Source: an uncultured Azospirillum sp. (GTDB lineage Bacteria > Pseudomonadota > Alphaproteobacteria > RF32 > CAG-239). Taken from it: a stretch of DNA of 64,000 nt. The notes under the pieces are model-generated. The model saw only the letters and a program-made list of their open reading frames with translations, made no database searches and was not told where the DNA came from. Below are positions 1-8,996 of this stretch, piece after piece; position 1 is the stretch's first letter, and each line of letters opens with the position of its first letter. The stretch covers positions 6,955 to 70,954 of the forward strand of contig UQMA01000004.1 of the NCBI GenBank assembly GCA_900542055.1, read 5' to 3'. The position numbers and the translations under genes are program-made.

Positions 1-769
1 CCAATTGCGGCAAAGAAGTTTTCTCAGTCAATCTGAAATTGAGTCGTGCAGAGGCTTCTGCAGGAACGACATTGTAAGTGGTGGGCGAATTTAAAGCGGT
101 AACAACCATCGTATCCACCCAGCTGTTTTCTGGTTTATTACCGTCTTTGTCATAAGGAGGAAAATCTTTTTCTAATTCTTTTATGCAATTTATTAAACGT
201 CCGATTGCGTTTATACCGTTCCAGGGACGGGAACTGTGAGCATTCTCGCCTTTGGCATTCACTTCAACACTGACCGGATGTTTGTATTTTTCAACCAGAT
301 GAAATAAATCGCCGGAATCTGTATCAAGAACAATTTTTGCATTGATAATATCGGCTTTTTGCATGGCTTTCATACCATTCGATGTGGTTTCTTCATCGGA
401 TGTGATTAAAACGCCGAAACGAATATTTTTGCCGATGGTATAAAGTAAAGTTTCCAAACAAACGGCAACAGAAGCTTTCATATCCAATCCGCCGCGTCCA
501 TATAAGTTTCCGTTTTCAATGCGTGGATTAAAAAGCTCATTTTTGGCGGGGACAACGTCCAAATGACCAATGGTGGCAACATCAAAATCATATCCGGTGC
601 AGTTAGCTAACAAAAGTACGGGGGAAGCACCTTCAAAATTCCATTCGCTGACAAAAACCCCTTCTTTAGCATATAGTTTTTTTACCAAAGAAAAAACCTG
701 TCGTATTTCTGCAATATTTCCAGAAATACTTTTTATTTTCATCATTTCAATGATGTTATCAATAAGCAT
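1..769 (-). CDS. M20-family metallopeptidase (ArgE/DapE/acetylornithine deacetylase-like); C-terminus lies outside the window
   Basis: Absent from the ORF track because it runs off the window edge. The reverse-strand translation is open from 769/745 down to base 2: MLIDNIIEMMKIKSISGN..ATIGHLDVVPAKNELFNPRIENGNLYGRGGLDMKASVAVCLE..ITSDEETTSNG..GENAHSSRPWNGINAI. HxDVVP and GRG-x-DMK are M20 signatures. The start is ambiguous (ATG at 769 or 745). It overlaps the stop of the upstream GNAT gene. Confidence 0.75.
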   Translation of the reverse strand, partial: MLIDNIIEMMKIKSISGNIAEIRQVFSLVKKLYAKEGVFVSEWNFEGASPVLLLANCTGYDFDVATIGHLDVVPAKNELFNPRIENGNLYGRGGLDMKASVAVCLETLLYTIGKNIRFGVLITSDEETTSNGMKAMQKADIINAKIVLDTDSGDLFHLVEKYKHPVSVEVNAKGENAHSSRPWNGINAIGRLINCIKELEKDFPPYDKDGNKPENSWVDTMVVTALNSPTTYNVVPAEASARLNFRLTEKTSLPQL

Positions 770-1484
770 GTCCGTTCCGTTTCTGCATCATTGTGATATA
801 TGTTTGGCTAAGTTGTTTATCACGCATGGTCGCAAGGGCGTTATCTATTGTTGTGTGGGCAATTTCCACATCGCTTATGCAAAAGGTTGTGCGTCCGTCT
901 TTTTTGATAATATGGTCAAAATCTTGTGTTTTCGCAAAAGCCTTAAATCCAATTCCCTTATAAAATTTTTCGGCATTGCTGTTATTTGCATTATATTCAA
1001 TGATTAAACTTTCGTATCCTTGTTTTTTCAGTTCCGGAATGGTCTTGCTCAGCAAATATGTGCCAAGTCCGCAGCGTTGTACTTGCGGATCCAAATAAAT
1101 TTGGTTCACAATCAAAGTTTTATTGTCAAGCTGAACATTGCGTGAAAAATTAACTTTTCTTGACCAAGCAAATTCAAAACCATCCAACATGCCTTTCTCG
1201 GTATCACTGGTTTTGCCGTCAATCGGATTTGTATAATATTCGGGAATTGCTGAATAGCGTACAAATCCTCGCGGTTTATCATCGACATACAAAACAGCAA
1301 CAACAGAATCTTTATTTTCAGCCATTTTCCATAATTTTTTCAAAAAATAGCCTTTGGTATAAAGCGCCATTTCTTCCTGAGATTTATATCCGTTGGAAAG
1401 TTTGTTGTATGAACGTTGATATGCCTCGGCCAACGGCAAGATTTGGCTGAGTTTTTTTTCAAGACTGCGAATAGAAATTTTCAT
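759..1484 (-). CDS. GNAT-family N-acetyltransferase
   Basis: 241-aa ORF. The acetyl-CoA motif A reads IYLDPQVQRCGLGTYLL (Q/R-x-x-G-x-G/A). It is followed by NAEKFYKGIGFK (N-x-x-A-x-x-x-Y-x-K-x-GF). Confidence 0.8.
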   Translation of the reverse strand: MKISIRSLEKKLSQILPLAEAYQRSYNKLSNGYKSQEEMALYTKGYFLKKLWKMAENKDSVVAVLYVDDKPRGFVRYSAIPEYYTNPIDGKTSDTEKGMLDGFEFAWSRKVNFSRNVQLDNKTLIVNQIYLDPQVQRCGLGTYLLSKTIPELKKQGYESLIIEYNANNSNAEKFYKGIGFKAFAKTQDFDHIIKKDGRTTFCISDVEIAHTTIDNALATMRDKQLSQTYITMMQKRNGHAY

Positions 1485-1621
1485 GCGTGAACCTTACTTA
1501 AAACCTTTAATAAAACGAAATAATTATATATTTTTTGCGCTGTATAGTCAAATACTTTAACAAAAAACAATAGACCTTTGCGGATATTGGTGCTAAACCA
1601 TAAAAAACAGGATGAAACACT

Positions 1622-2020
1622 ATGCCAATAGAAGAATTAATTGAAAATTTTGAAATTTTAGATGATTGGGAAGATAAGTACCGTTACCTTATTGATTTGG
1701 GAGAAAAACTTCCTCCGTTAGAAGAAAACTGCAAAACAGATGCTTGGAAAGTGGTAGGATGCCAGTCGCAAGTTTGGTTGGTGCCGGCTTTTTCCGATGA
1801 CGGCACAATCTCATTCAGAGGGGATAGCGATGCCATGATCGTCAGAGGGTTGATTTTTGTTGTGCTAAGCATTTTTAACCACAAGTCGAAGAAAGAAATC
1901 AAAGAGATTGAAGTTAACAATATTTTTGTTAAAATGGGATTGGAAGAGCATTTGTCGCCCAGCCGCCGCAATGGATTGAGCGCGATGGTTGAAAAAATAA
2001 AATTTTATGCTCAGTGTTAA
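1622..2020 (+). CDS. sufE: SufE-family cysteine desulfuration (sulfur acceptor) protein
   Basis: 132 aa. The N-terminus reads ..FEILDDWEDKYRYLIDLGEKLP and is followed by KVVGCQSQVWL, carrying the conserved Cys. This pattern is typical of SufE/CsdE. Confidence 0.85.
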   Translation: MPIEELIENFEILDDWEDKYRYLIDLGEKLPPLEENCKTDAWKVVGCQSQVWLVPAFSDDGTISFRGDSDAMIVRGLIFVVLSIFNHKSKKEIKEIEVNNIFVKMGLEEHLSPSRRNGLSAMVEKIKFYAQC

Positions 2021-2038
2021 CGGCAATGAGAGATTTTT

Positions 2039-3238
2039 ATGGATATTCACGAATATCAGGCAAAACAGCTTTTAAGCGCAAACGGAATTAAAATTCCGAA
2101 AGGTAAAATAGCATACACTCCAAAAGAGGCCAGAGATGTTGCCCGCCGTATTTCAGTGCGGGGGCCATGGGTTTTGAAAGCTCAAATTCATTCCGGCGCG
2201 CGTAATGGCGGACATTTTCTGGAGCAAAGAGCCGGACAATCCGGCGGAATAAGAATAGTCCATACTTTAAAGGATGTTTATTCCAATGCCGAAGAAATGT
2301 TGGGCGCAACTTTAGTAACTTCGCAAACCGGTGCTAAAGGGCGTTTGGTCAGTCGCATTTATGTGGAAGCGTATAACAAAGTCGGGCATACATTTTATTT
2401 GGGAATGGCAATAGATCGAACCTTGCCCGCCATTACCTTATTGGTGGCTAATACGCGTGATGACGATATTGTTAGTATTGTTGCAAATTCTCCTGATAAA
2501 ATTTTACGCCTGCCTCTTGATTTAAATGGACCAACTCGCGCTCAAACAAGTCAAGTAGCCGAATTTTTGAAATTGCAGAAAAAAAGCGAAGACAGTTTTC
2601 ATAATTTTATCCGCGGTATGTTTAAAACTTTTGTAGCCAACGATGCTTTAATGATTGAAATCAATCCTGCGGGAGTTTTGAAAAATGGCGATATCGTTGC
2701 TTTAGATGCTAAAATATCTTTGGATGAACACGCTGCCTACCGTCATAGCGAATACAAACATTTTCAAGATGATTATGAAACAAATACCCGTGAATTGAAA
2801 TCTTTGCGTTATGGCTTTTCATATCATGAATATAACGGAAATATAGGCTGTATTGTTAACGGTGATGGCTTGGCTCTAGCTATGATGAATTTAATGAGAA
2901 ACGGAGCCGATTCGATTGCCTGCACCTTAAATGTAAAAGGAAGTTTTGACCGCGATAAAATTGCTGCCGGAATAAAAATCATTGCCGGAAATCCGCGGGT
3001 GGAAGGTATAGTTATTTATATTTTAGGCGGATTTCTGCGTTGTGATTTGATTGCAGACGGAATTATTGATGCCGCCGCTGAAGTTGGAATGAATATTCCA
3101 TTGGTAGTGCGCTTGGAAGGAACAAACCGTGATGAAGCCTGTGATGCTTTGAAACAGGCAAAGCTTCCTTTAATTATGGCTGATACAATGGAAGATGCGG
3201 TCGATAAAATTTTGACAGCGGTGGATATGGAGGAATAA
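2039..3238 (+). CDS. sucC: Succinyl-CoA synthetase beta-subunit-like protein (divergent)
   Basis: 399 aa. MDIHEYQAKQLL.. is colinear by eye with E. coli SucC (MNLHEYQAKQLF..). The motifs MIEINP, NIGCIVNGDGLA, GGFLRCDLIADGII and VVRLEGTN are present. The 'LDVGGGAT' segment instead reads LNVKGSFD (see findings). Confidence 0.85.
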   Translation: MDIHEYQAKQLLSANGIKIPKGKIAYTPKEARDVARRISVRGPWVLKAQIHSGARNGGHFLEQRAGQSGGIRIVHTLKDVYSNAEEMLGATLVTSQTGAKGRLVSRIYVEAYNKVGHTFYLGMAIDRTLPAITLLVANTRDDDIVSIVANSPDKILRLPLDLNGPTRAQTSQVAEFLKLQKKSEDSFHNFIRGMFKTFVANDALMIEINPAGVLKNGDIVALDAKISLDEHAAYRHSEYKHFQDDYETNTRELKSLRYGFSYHEYNGNIGCIVNGDGLALAMMNLMRNGADSIACTLNVKGSFDRDKIAAGIKIIAGNPRVEGIVIYILGGFLRCDLIADGIIDAAAEVGMNIPLVVRLEGTNRDEACDALKQAKLPLIMADTMEDAVDKILTAVDMEE

Positions 3239-4110
3239 TGGCGATTTTAGCGGATAAAAACACCAAAGTTTTGGTTCAAGGCATAACCGGCACTCAGGCC
3301 TCTTTCCATGTTCGCCGTTCAATTGACTACGGTACACAAATTGTTGCCGGTGTAACTCCGGGAAAAGGCGGAATGTTTCATCTCGGCGTTCCTGTTTTTG
3401 ATACCGTAAAAGAGGCCGTTGCCGAAACGGGAGCAGAAGCTTCGATTGTTTTTGTTCCGGCGCAGGCGGTTAAATCGGCGGTCAGTGAAGCGGCAAAAGC
3501 CGGAATAAAGTTAGTCGTCTGTATCTCTGATAATGTTCCGGTCAGAGATATGCTTGAAATCAGAAATATTTTAAAAGGAACAAATACCCGCCTAATCGGT
3601 CCGAATACTCCGGGGATGATAACGCCGGAAGAAGCAAGACTTGGAACTTTTCCCGAAAATATCCATAACCGCGGAAATATAGGAATTGTTTCAAGATCTT
3701 CAACTTTAACTTATGAAGCGGTGTTGGAAACGCGCCGTGCCGGATTAGGTCAGTCAACGGTCATAGGTTTGGGGGATGATATGGTTATCGGGATGGATTT
3801 TGTCGAAACCTTAAAATTGTTTCATGAAGATGATAATACAAAAGCGATTGTTTTAATCGGACAAATGAGCGGACAATTTGAAGAACAAGGGGCGCAGTGG
3901 TATGCCTCATGCAAAAATCCTAAACCGGTTATAGGATTTGTTGCAGGAAACGATTTAACCTTCAGTCGGCATGTCGGTTACGCCGGTGATGTTATTACCC
4001 GCGGGCGCATAACAGCCGAAGGAAAGAAAAAAACAATGTCAGATGCCGGAATTGACGTTGTGGATAATATAAATCAAATTCATGAAAAATTGGCTGATTT
4101 ATTTAAATAG
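3238..4110 (+). CDS. sucD: Succinyl-CoA synthetase alpha-subunit-like protein (divergent; Tyr at the phosphohistidine position)
   Basis: 290 aa. MAILADKNTKVLVQGITGTQ..GVTPGKGG..IGPNTPG..VSRSSTLTYE is colinear with E. coli SucD. Its ATG overlaps the sucC stop (ATAATG). The segment equivalent to GKRMGHAGAII reads FSRHVGYAGDVI. Confidence 0.85.
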   Translation: MAILADKNTKVLVQGITGTQASFHVRRSIDYGTQIVAGVTPGKGGMFHLGVPVFDTVKEAVAETGAEASIVFVPAQAVKSAVSEAAKAGIKLVVCISDNVPVRDMLEIRNILKGTNTRLIGPNTPGMITPEEARLGTFPENIHNRGNIGIVSRSSTLTYEAVLETRRAGLGQSTVIGLGDDMVIGMDFVETLKLFHEDDNTKAIVLIGQMSGQFEEQGAQWYASCKNPKPVIGFVAGNDLTFSRHVGYAGDVITRGRITAEGKKKTMSDAGIDVVDNINQIHEKLADLFK

Positions 4111-4836
4111 ATGCTGGCTCACATATTAGATTGCTTTTTGGATTTTATTTTGCCCCGCCGTTGTTTAAAATGCGGAAAAGTGCTTTCTGAGCCAAATTAT
4201 CTTTGTCCGGAATGTTTTAAATCCATTAATTTTATCACTCCGCCTTATTGCAAAAAATGCGGGCATCCGCTTTTTGAAGAAAACGATGAAAGTAAAATGC
4301 TTTGCTCAGGTTGTGCAGGGCGTAAACGCAGCTTTTACCGTTTGTCGCGTTCAGCAATGTTTTATGATGAAAGTAATAAAAATTTAATTTTAGGATTTAA
4401 ATTTCTGGATAAGACTGAAAATGCAGGTTTGTTGGCGGCAATGTTAAAAGTAGCCGGTGCCGACATTTTTGAACAAGGGGCCGATGTTTTAATTCCTGTG
4501 CCTTTGCATTATACCAGATTGATAAAACGCCGCTACAACCAATCATCATTATTAGCGGAAAAATTAGGAAAAATGATAAATTTGCCGGTGGATAATTTTT
4601 CACTTGTAAGACATAAAAGAACACGGCCTCAAACAGAATTTTCAGGGCGTGACAGAGTCGGAAACGTAAAAGATGCTTTCAGTGTAAAATATCCCGAACG
4701 TGTTAAAGGAAAACGCGTTATCTTGATTGATGATGTTATGACGACCGGTTCAACGCTGAAAGAATCTGCGCGCGCTTTACGCAAAGCAGGAGCAAAATCT
4801 ATAGATATTTTGACGGTTGCCAGAGTAATAGATTAA
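4111..4836 (+). CDS. comF: ComF-family phosphoribosyltransferase-domain protein
   Basis: 241 aa. The N-terminus has a double CxxC zinc ribbon (CLKCG..CPEC, CKKCG..CSGC). The C-terminus has the PRTase motif [15 protein letters not shown]. Confidence 0.8.
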   Translation: MLAHILDCFLDFILPRRCLKCGKVLSEPNYLCPECFKSINFITPPYCKKCGHPLFEENDESKMLCSGCAGRKRSFYRLSRSAMFYDESNKNLILGFKFLDKTENAGLLAAMLKVAGADIFEQGADVLIPVPLHYTRLIKRRYNQSSLLAEKLGKMINLPVDNFSLVRHKRTRPQTEFSGRDRVGNVKDAFSVKYPERVKGKRVILIDDVMTTGSTLKESARALRKAGAKSIDILTVARVID

Positions 4837-4973
4837 CGCAGTTCAAAAAAATCTTTTCCAACTCCGCAAATCGGACAAAACCAGTCTTCCGGCAAATTTT
4901 CAAAAGGAATATCTCCGTCATAAACATAGCCGCAGACAGTGCAAACCCATTGCTTCTTATTGTTTTCGTTCAT
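4833..4973 (-). CDS. Rubredoxin (46 aa; not on the supplied ORF track)
   Basis: The reverse-strand ORF reads [46 protein letters not shown]. It has two CxxCG knuckles plus the Y-x-Y-D and W-x-CP-x-CG rubredoxin signature. The SD GGAGAA lies 5 nt upstream of the ATG. The stop overlaps the comF stop on the opposite strand. Confidence 0.85.
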   Translation of the reverse strand: MNENNKKQWVCTVCGYVYDGDIPFENLPEDWFCPICGVGKDFFELR

Positions 4974-4978
4974 TTTTG

Positions 4979-5005
4979 TTTCTCCATGTTTATTATATGG
5001 AGAAA
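4979..5005 (-). promoter_or_regulatory. Perfect 9-bp hairpin enclosing the rubredoxin Shine-Dalgarno sequence
   Basis: On the + strand, tttctccat (4979-4987) pairs with atggagaaa (4997-5005) around a 9-nt loop. In the minus-strand RNA the 3' arm AUGGAGAAA is the SD region, 5 nt before the rubredoxin AUG. No U-tract follows, so it is not a canonical terminator. Confidence 0.4.
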
Positions 5006-5027
5006 TATAAGCGCAATGGGCATAAAT

Positions 5028-5237
5028 TCAATAATGCGGCGGCGGAGTTTCTTCACTTAAAGGTTTTACGGTATCTTCTTTTAGCGCTTCTAACAAGATT
5101 TTGTTTTGAGCTGATAAGCGGTCGATGATTTTACCTTGCTCAATTACCACACTGTTTAATTCATCAAGAATTTTTTCCTGATTGGCCAAATTGATTTCAA
5201 TATCAATAAGTCGTTGTTCTAAAATTTTTTCTTCCAT
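5028..5237 (-). CDS. slyX: SlyX-family coiled-coil protein
   Basis: 69 aa. LEQRLIDIEINLANQEKILDELNSVVIEQGKIIDRL matches the SlyX pattern (RL..LE..LAFQE..I.ELN..V..Q...I..L). Confidence 0.65.
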   Translation of the reverse strand: MEEKILEQRLIDIEINLANQEKILDELNSVVIEQGKIIDRLSAQNKILLEALKEDTVKPLSEETPPPHY

Positions 5238-5291
5238 AATTACGCAAACTGTTTTAAATTACACAAATATAAAATAAAACAGGAAACAAAA

Positions 5292-6554
5292 ATGTCAATT
5301 TTAATTAAAAATGTTTTACACAACGGACAAAAAACCAATGTGTACATAAAAAATAACCGATTTGCCAAAATTGCTCAGAATTTTGAAGAAAAAGCCGATT
5401 GTGTTATAGATGGTTCGCATAAAGCAATTTCGCCGGCTTTTTATAATACGCACAATCATGCTGCAATGTCTATTTTGCGCGGCTATAGTGATGATAAGCC
5501 TTTGTTCGAATGGCTAAGCAAAGATATTTGGCCGATTGAAGATAAATTGACGCCTGAAGATATTTATACGGCCAGCCGCTTAGCCTTGCTTGAAATGATT
5601 AAATCTGGAACGGTTTTTTTTGCTGATATGTATTTTTTTGGAGAACAGACAATGCGTGCGGTTGCTGAAATGGGAATGCGCGCTGCGGTTTCCCGAGTGG
5701 AAATGGATATGTTTGATGCGGCAAAATTTGAACAAAAAAAAGCAGATACAATCAATTTTATTAAAAGTGTAAATCCCTGTCCCGAAAGAATAATCAAATG
5801 TTTATCCTGTCATGCCGTTTATACTGTTTCCGATGATTTGTTCCGCTATGCTGCAAAAGTTGCTGAAGAGCAGGGGTGGTATATGCAAATTCACGTTTCA
5901 GAAACTAAGCAGGAAGTTGAAGAATGTATGAAAAAATGCGGAATGTCTCCGGTGGCAAAACTTGACAGTTTGGGACTTTTAACCCCCAAAACCGTGTTGG
6001 CTCATGCTGTTCACCTGTCAAATGAAGATATTGATTTAATCAAAAAACGCGGATGTTGTATTTCTACCAATCCGACTTCCAATTTAAAATTAAATTCGGG
6101 ATTGTTTATGTTTAAACACTTGTTTAGTGAAATGCCTGATAAAATTACACTGGGAACTGATGGAGCCAGTTCTAATAACAATTTAAGTATGATTGAAGCG
6201 ATGAAAATTTGTTCTTTGGCAGCTAAGGTCGAAGCAAATTCCGCTTTAGCCGGAACGGCGGAAGAAATATTTACCGCAGCGACACGTAACGGCGCCCGTG
6301 CGTTCGGACTTGATGCCGGAGAAATAAGAGAAGGGGCTTTGGCCGACTGTCTGTTGCTTGATCTTAGAAATCCGTTTTTGACGCCGAATTATAATTTGAT
6401 TTCAAATTTAGTTTATGCTGCTGACAGTTCCTGCATCAGTGATGTGATTTGCGATGGAAAAATAATTATGGAAAACGGAAAAGTTGCTGAAGAAGATGAA
6501 ATTATCGATTCAGCTTTCTGTTTGGCTGATAAAATAAAAATGTTAAAAAAATAA
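5292..6554 (+). CDS. mtaD: Amidohydrolase, 5-methylthioadenosine/S-adenosylhomocysteine deaminase-like (MtaD family)
   Basis: 420 aa. The metal-binding motif reads FYNTHNHAAMSILRG. HVSET and LGTDGASSNNNLSM are typical of the MtaD/guanine-deaminase-like amidohydrolases. Confidence 0.75.
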   Translation: MSILIKNVLHNGQKTNVYIKNNRFAKIAQNFEEKADCVIDGSHKAISPAFYNTHNHAAMSILRGYSDDKPLFEWLSKDIWPIEDKLTPEDIYTASRLALLEMIKSGTVFFADMYFFGEQTMRAVAEMGMRAAVSRVEMDMFDAAKFEQKKADTINFIKSVNPCPERIIKCLSCHAVYTVSDDLFRYAAKVAEEQGWYMQIHVSETKQEVEECMKKCGMSPVAKLDSLGLLTPKTVLAHAVHLSNEDIDLIKKRGCCISTNPTSNLKLNSGLFMFKHLFSEMPDKITLGTDGASSNNNLSMIEAMKICSLAAKVEANSALAGTAEEIFTAATRNGARAFGLDAGEIREGALADCLLLDLRNPFLTPNYNLISNLVYAADSSCISDVICDGKIIMENGKVAEEDEIIDSAFCLADKIKMLKK

Positions 6555-6643
6555 AACTCCTGCCGTTGAAAATTACAAAACCATGCTTAAATCCAAATAG
6601 CCGCATGGGCGACATGTTTTAATTATATTACAAAGGAACTAAC

Positions 6644-6856
6644 ATGCTAAATGGAACAGTAAAATGGTTTAACAACAAAAAAGGTTATGGATTTATAAAA
6701 ACACCGGCAAATGAAAAAGATATTTTTGTTCATATTACCGCAGTTCAAAAATCAGGATTGGAACGTATTAGCGAAGGGCAGGAGCTTTCTTTTGAAATTA
6801 TTCCGGATAAGGTTGGCCGTCCGGAGGCGCATAATATCAGCATATTGAGAAATTAA
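6644..6856 (+). CDS. cspA: Cold-shock domain protein
   Basis: 70 aa. GTVKWFNNKKGYGFI (RNP1) and DIFVHITAV (RNP2) are present. Confidence 0.9.
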   Translation: MLNGTVKWFNNKKGYGFIKTPANEKDIFVHITAVQKSGLERISEGQELSFEIIPDKVGRPEAHNISILRN

Positions 6857-6923
6857 AGCTTGATTATGCGAAAATAATTTAATACAACACCAAGCATTGT
6901 TCATTTTTATAAAAGGATAAATA

Positions 6924-7478
6924 ATGCTTGGCGTTGTTTTGTTGGCTTTTGCTCTTTCAGCCGACGCTTTTACCGTGGCTTTTTCGTATGGGTTAATCTT
7001 AAAAAAGAAAACTTTGCACAATGGTCTGAAACTCGGAGCAGCGACGGGTTTGGGACAGTTTGTTTTTCCGATTATCGGCTGGCTGGCCACAGGATCTGTC
7101 CATAAGTATATTGAAGCCGTTGACCATTGGCTGGCATTTACCGTGTTTTTTATTTTGGGACTAAACGTTATAATTGCGGCTCTTCGCGGTGAAGATGAAA
7201 ATGTTAAATTGCCTAAAAAATTAACCTTGAAAACTTTGTTTGTTATCGGTGTGGCAACCAGTATTGATGCTTGTGTGTCAGGTATTAGCCTTTATTTTAT
7301 GCCGGTAAATATTATCGCTTCAGCGCTGGTTATCGGATTGATTTGTTTTGTTTGCACGCTGTGCGGCTTCTGTGCCAGTTGTTGTTTGAAAAAATTGCCG
7401 ACCAAAGTTATGCAGATTGCAGCCGGCATTATTTTGATATTACTTGGTTGCAAAATTTTATATGAACATTTATCATAG
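6924..7478 (+). CDS. mntP: Manganese efflux pump MntP family
   Basis: 184 aa polytopic membrane protein. It has the duplicated LSADAF / TSIDA motif characteristic of MntP (DUF204). Confidence 0.8.
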   Translation: MLGVVLLAFALSADAFTVAFSYGLILKKKTLHNGLKLGAATGLGQFVFPIIGWLATGSVHKYIEAVDHWLAFTVFFILGLNVIIAALRGEDENVKLPKKLTLKTLFVIGVATSIDACVSGISLYFMPVNIIASALVIGLICFVCTLCGFCASCCLKKLPTKVMQIAAGIILILLGCKILYEHLS

Positions 7479-7505
7479 AAAATATTGACTTTTCGGAGAA
7501 AAACA

Positions 7506-7832
7506 ATGAAACGGAAAATATTCGGTATATCGTTTTTAACTGCATTGCTAGCGGCATTTAACGCCAATGCTCAAGCAAAAATAGTAACCCCTGTTGTTTA
7601 CACGCCAAACCAAAATGCACAGGTTGTTGTTGTGCGGGAACAAGCTCCCGTTACAACCGTAACCATAGTAAATAATGCTCATGAACCGGATGATATTTAT
7701 TACATTCGCAAACCCCGTTATGATAACTATTACAGAGATGATGACGCAGTATGGTTAGTCGGAACCGCCGCTGTTGTAGGCGGAGCGGCAATAGGGTATC
7801 ATCATTACCGCCATCACCGCCGCCATTATTGA
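7506..7832 (+). CDS. Small secreted/membrane-anchored hypothetical protein with a His/Arg-rich tail
   Basis: The start is moved to the ATG at 7506, which has a GGAGA SD. The signal peptide reads MKRKIFGISFLTALLAAFNANAQA. The C-terminus has a hydrophobic segment, VWLVGTAAVVGGAAIGY, followed by HHYRHHRRHY. No family is recognised. Confidence 0.5.
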   Translation: MKRKIFGISFLTALLAAFNANAQAKIVTPVVYTPNQNAQVVVVREQAPVTTVTIVNNAHEPDDIYYIRKPRYDNYYRDDDAVWLVGTAAVVGGAAIGYHHYRHHRRHY

Positions 7833-8816
7833 TTATATTGAAAGACTTATTTGAGCTTCATTAATAATAGCTTGTCCGCCGACCGGAATAGTAAGCAAAG
7901 GCGTGCTGTGTCCAAAATCAAGGTTGGCTGTGACAGGAATTCCTTTTAGATCTTTTTCAAAGCGTTTAACCATAAATTCAAGTTGTTCCCTGCTGACTTT
8001 TGAATTTTTTTGGAATCTTCCGATTAAAATTCCTTTTACATTTTCAAAGTCAGGTTGTTGAATAAGAGCCTGAAAATTACGGGTAAAGTCAGCAATATCT
8101 GAACCTTCGGTATCTTCAATAAACAAAATTGTATCTTTTTCAAAGGCGGGGCGGAATTTTGTTCCCAGCAGCAAATTGAAAGTGCCCAAATTACCGCCAA
8201 CCAAAGTGCCATTAGCTTTGCCTGTTTGCAAATACCAGTAACCTTCGTTTTTGATAAATTGGCGGTTTTGCTGATCAATGAACCATAAATCATCGCTCCA
8301 TTCAGCTGAAGGCGTAAGATTATTTGTTTTATTTTCAAATAATATTTTTTTCATATTATCAATAGTGTAATCAATGCCCTTAAGCATGCCGAAAGAGCTG
8401 AAGTGCGGTCCTGAGAAAGTAATCATTCCGGTTTGAGCGTAAATGGCGTTGAGCAAAGCCGTAATATCTGAAAATCCGCAAAAAACTTTAGGATTTGCGG
8501 CAATCAGTTTGTAGTCGATTGCCGATAACAACTGGTTAGAATTGCTGCCGCCGATAGCTGTAAAAATGCCTTTGACATTTTGGTCGGCAAAGGCCTCGTG
8601 AAGATCTTCAAGTCTTTTTTCAATGCTGGTTGAACCGCTCATATCCCAATTGTCTGCGGTGGTGTTGCGTCCGAAAGTAACTTTTAACCCCATGGCTTCC
8701 AAACGTTGCCTTGCTAAATTTAAGCATTCTTCGGATAAGATTTTAATACCGGTTGCCGGTGCAATAACTCTGATTTCATCTCCTGATTTTAAACTTTCTG
8801 GAATAATTTTTTTCAT
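7833..8816 (-). CDS. S66-family LD-carboxypeptidase (LdcA/MccF-like)
   Basis: The start is taken at MKKIIPESLKSGDEIRVIAPA (ATG 8816, AGGAGGA SD). The Ser-nucleophile context reads CGFSDITAL. The C-terminal GHSTPLLTIPVG is typical of peptidase S66. Confidence 0.8.
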   Translation of the reverse strand: MKKIIPESLKSGDEIRVIAPATGIKILSEECLNLARQRLEAMGLKVTFGRNTTADNWDMSGSTSIEKRLEDLHEAFADQNVKGIFTAIGGSNSNQLLSAIDYKLIAANPKVFCGFSDITALLNAIYAQTGMITFSGPHFSSFGMLKGIDYTIDNMKKILFENKTNNLTPSAEWSDDLWFIDQQNRQFIKNEGYWYLQTGKANGTLVGGNLGTFNLLLGTKFRPAFEKDTILFIEDTEGSDIADFTRNFQALIQQPDFENVKGILIGRFQKNSKVSREQLEFMVKRFEKDLKGIPVTANLDFGHSTPLLTIPVGGQAIINEAQISLSI

Positions 8817-8996
8817 ATTTTCCTCCTGTTTGATAATTGTTAACCAATATAACGCAATACTAATGCTTGTCCAACGATTTTTGGAAAAACATTTTGACAA
8901 AATAGCGCCAAAAAGAGGACAAAAATAATTGACGAAGCTCAAACTTTAATATATTATTGAACAATAAAAATAGCGAAATTATTCGGAGTATTACCC

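Noticed and set aside
570-1007. 145-aa plus-strand ORF on the track
   Set aside because: It lies antisense to the M20 peptidase and GNAT genes, which have clear family motifs. Its composition is odd and Cys/Phe/Ile-rich, with no SD. It is treated as a shadow ORF.
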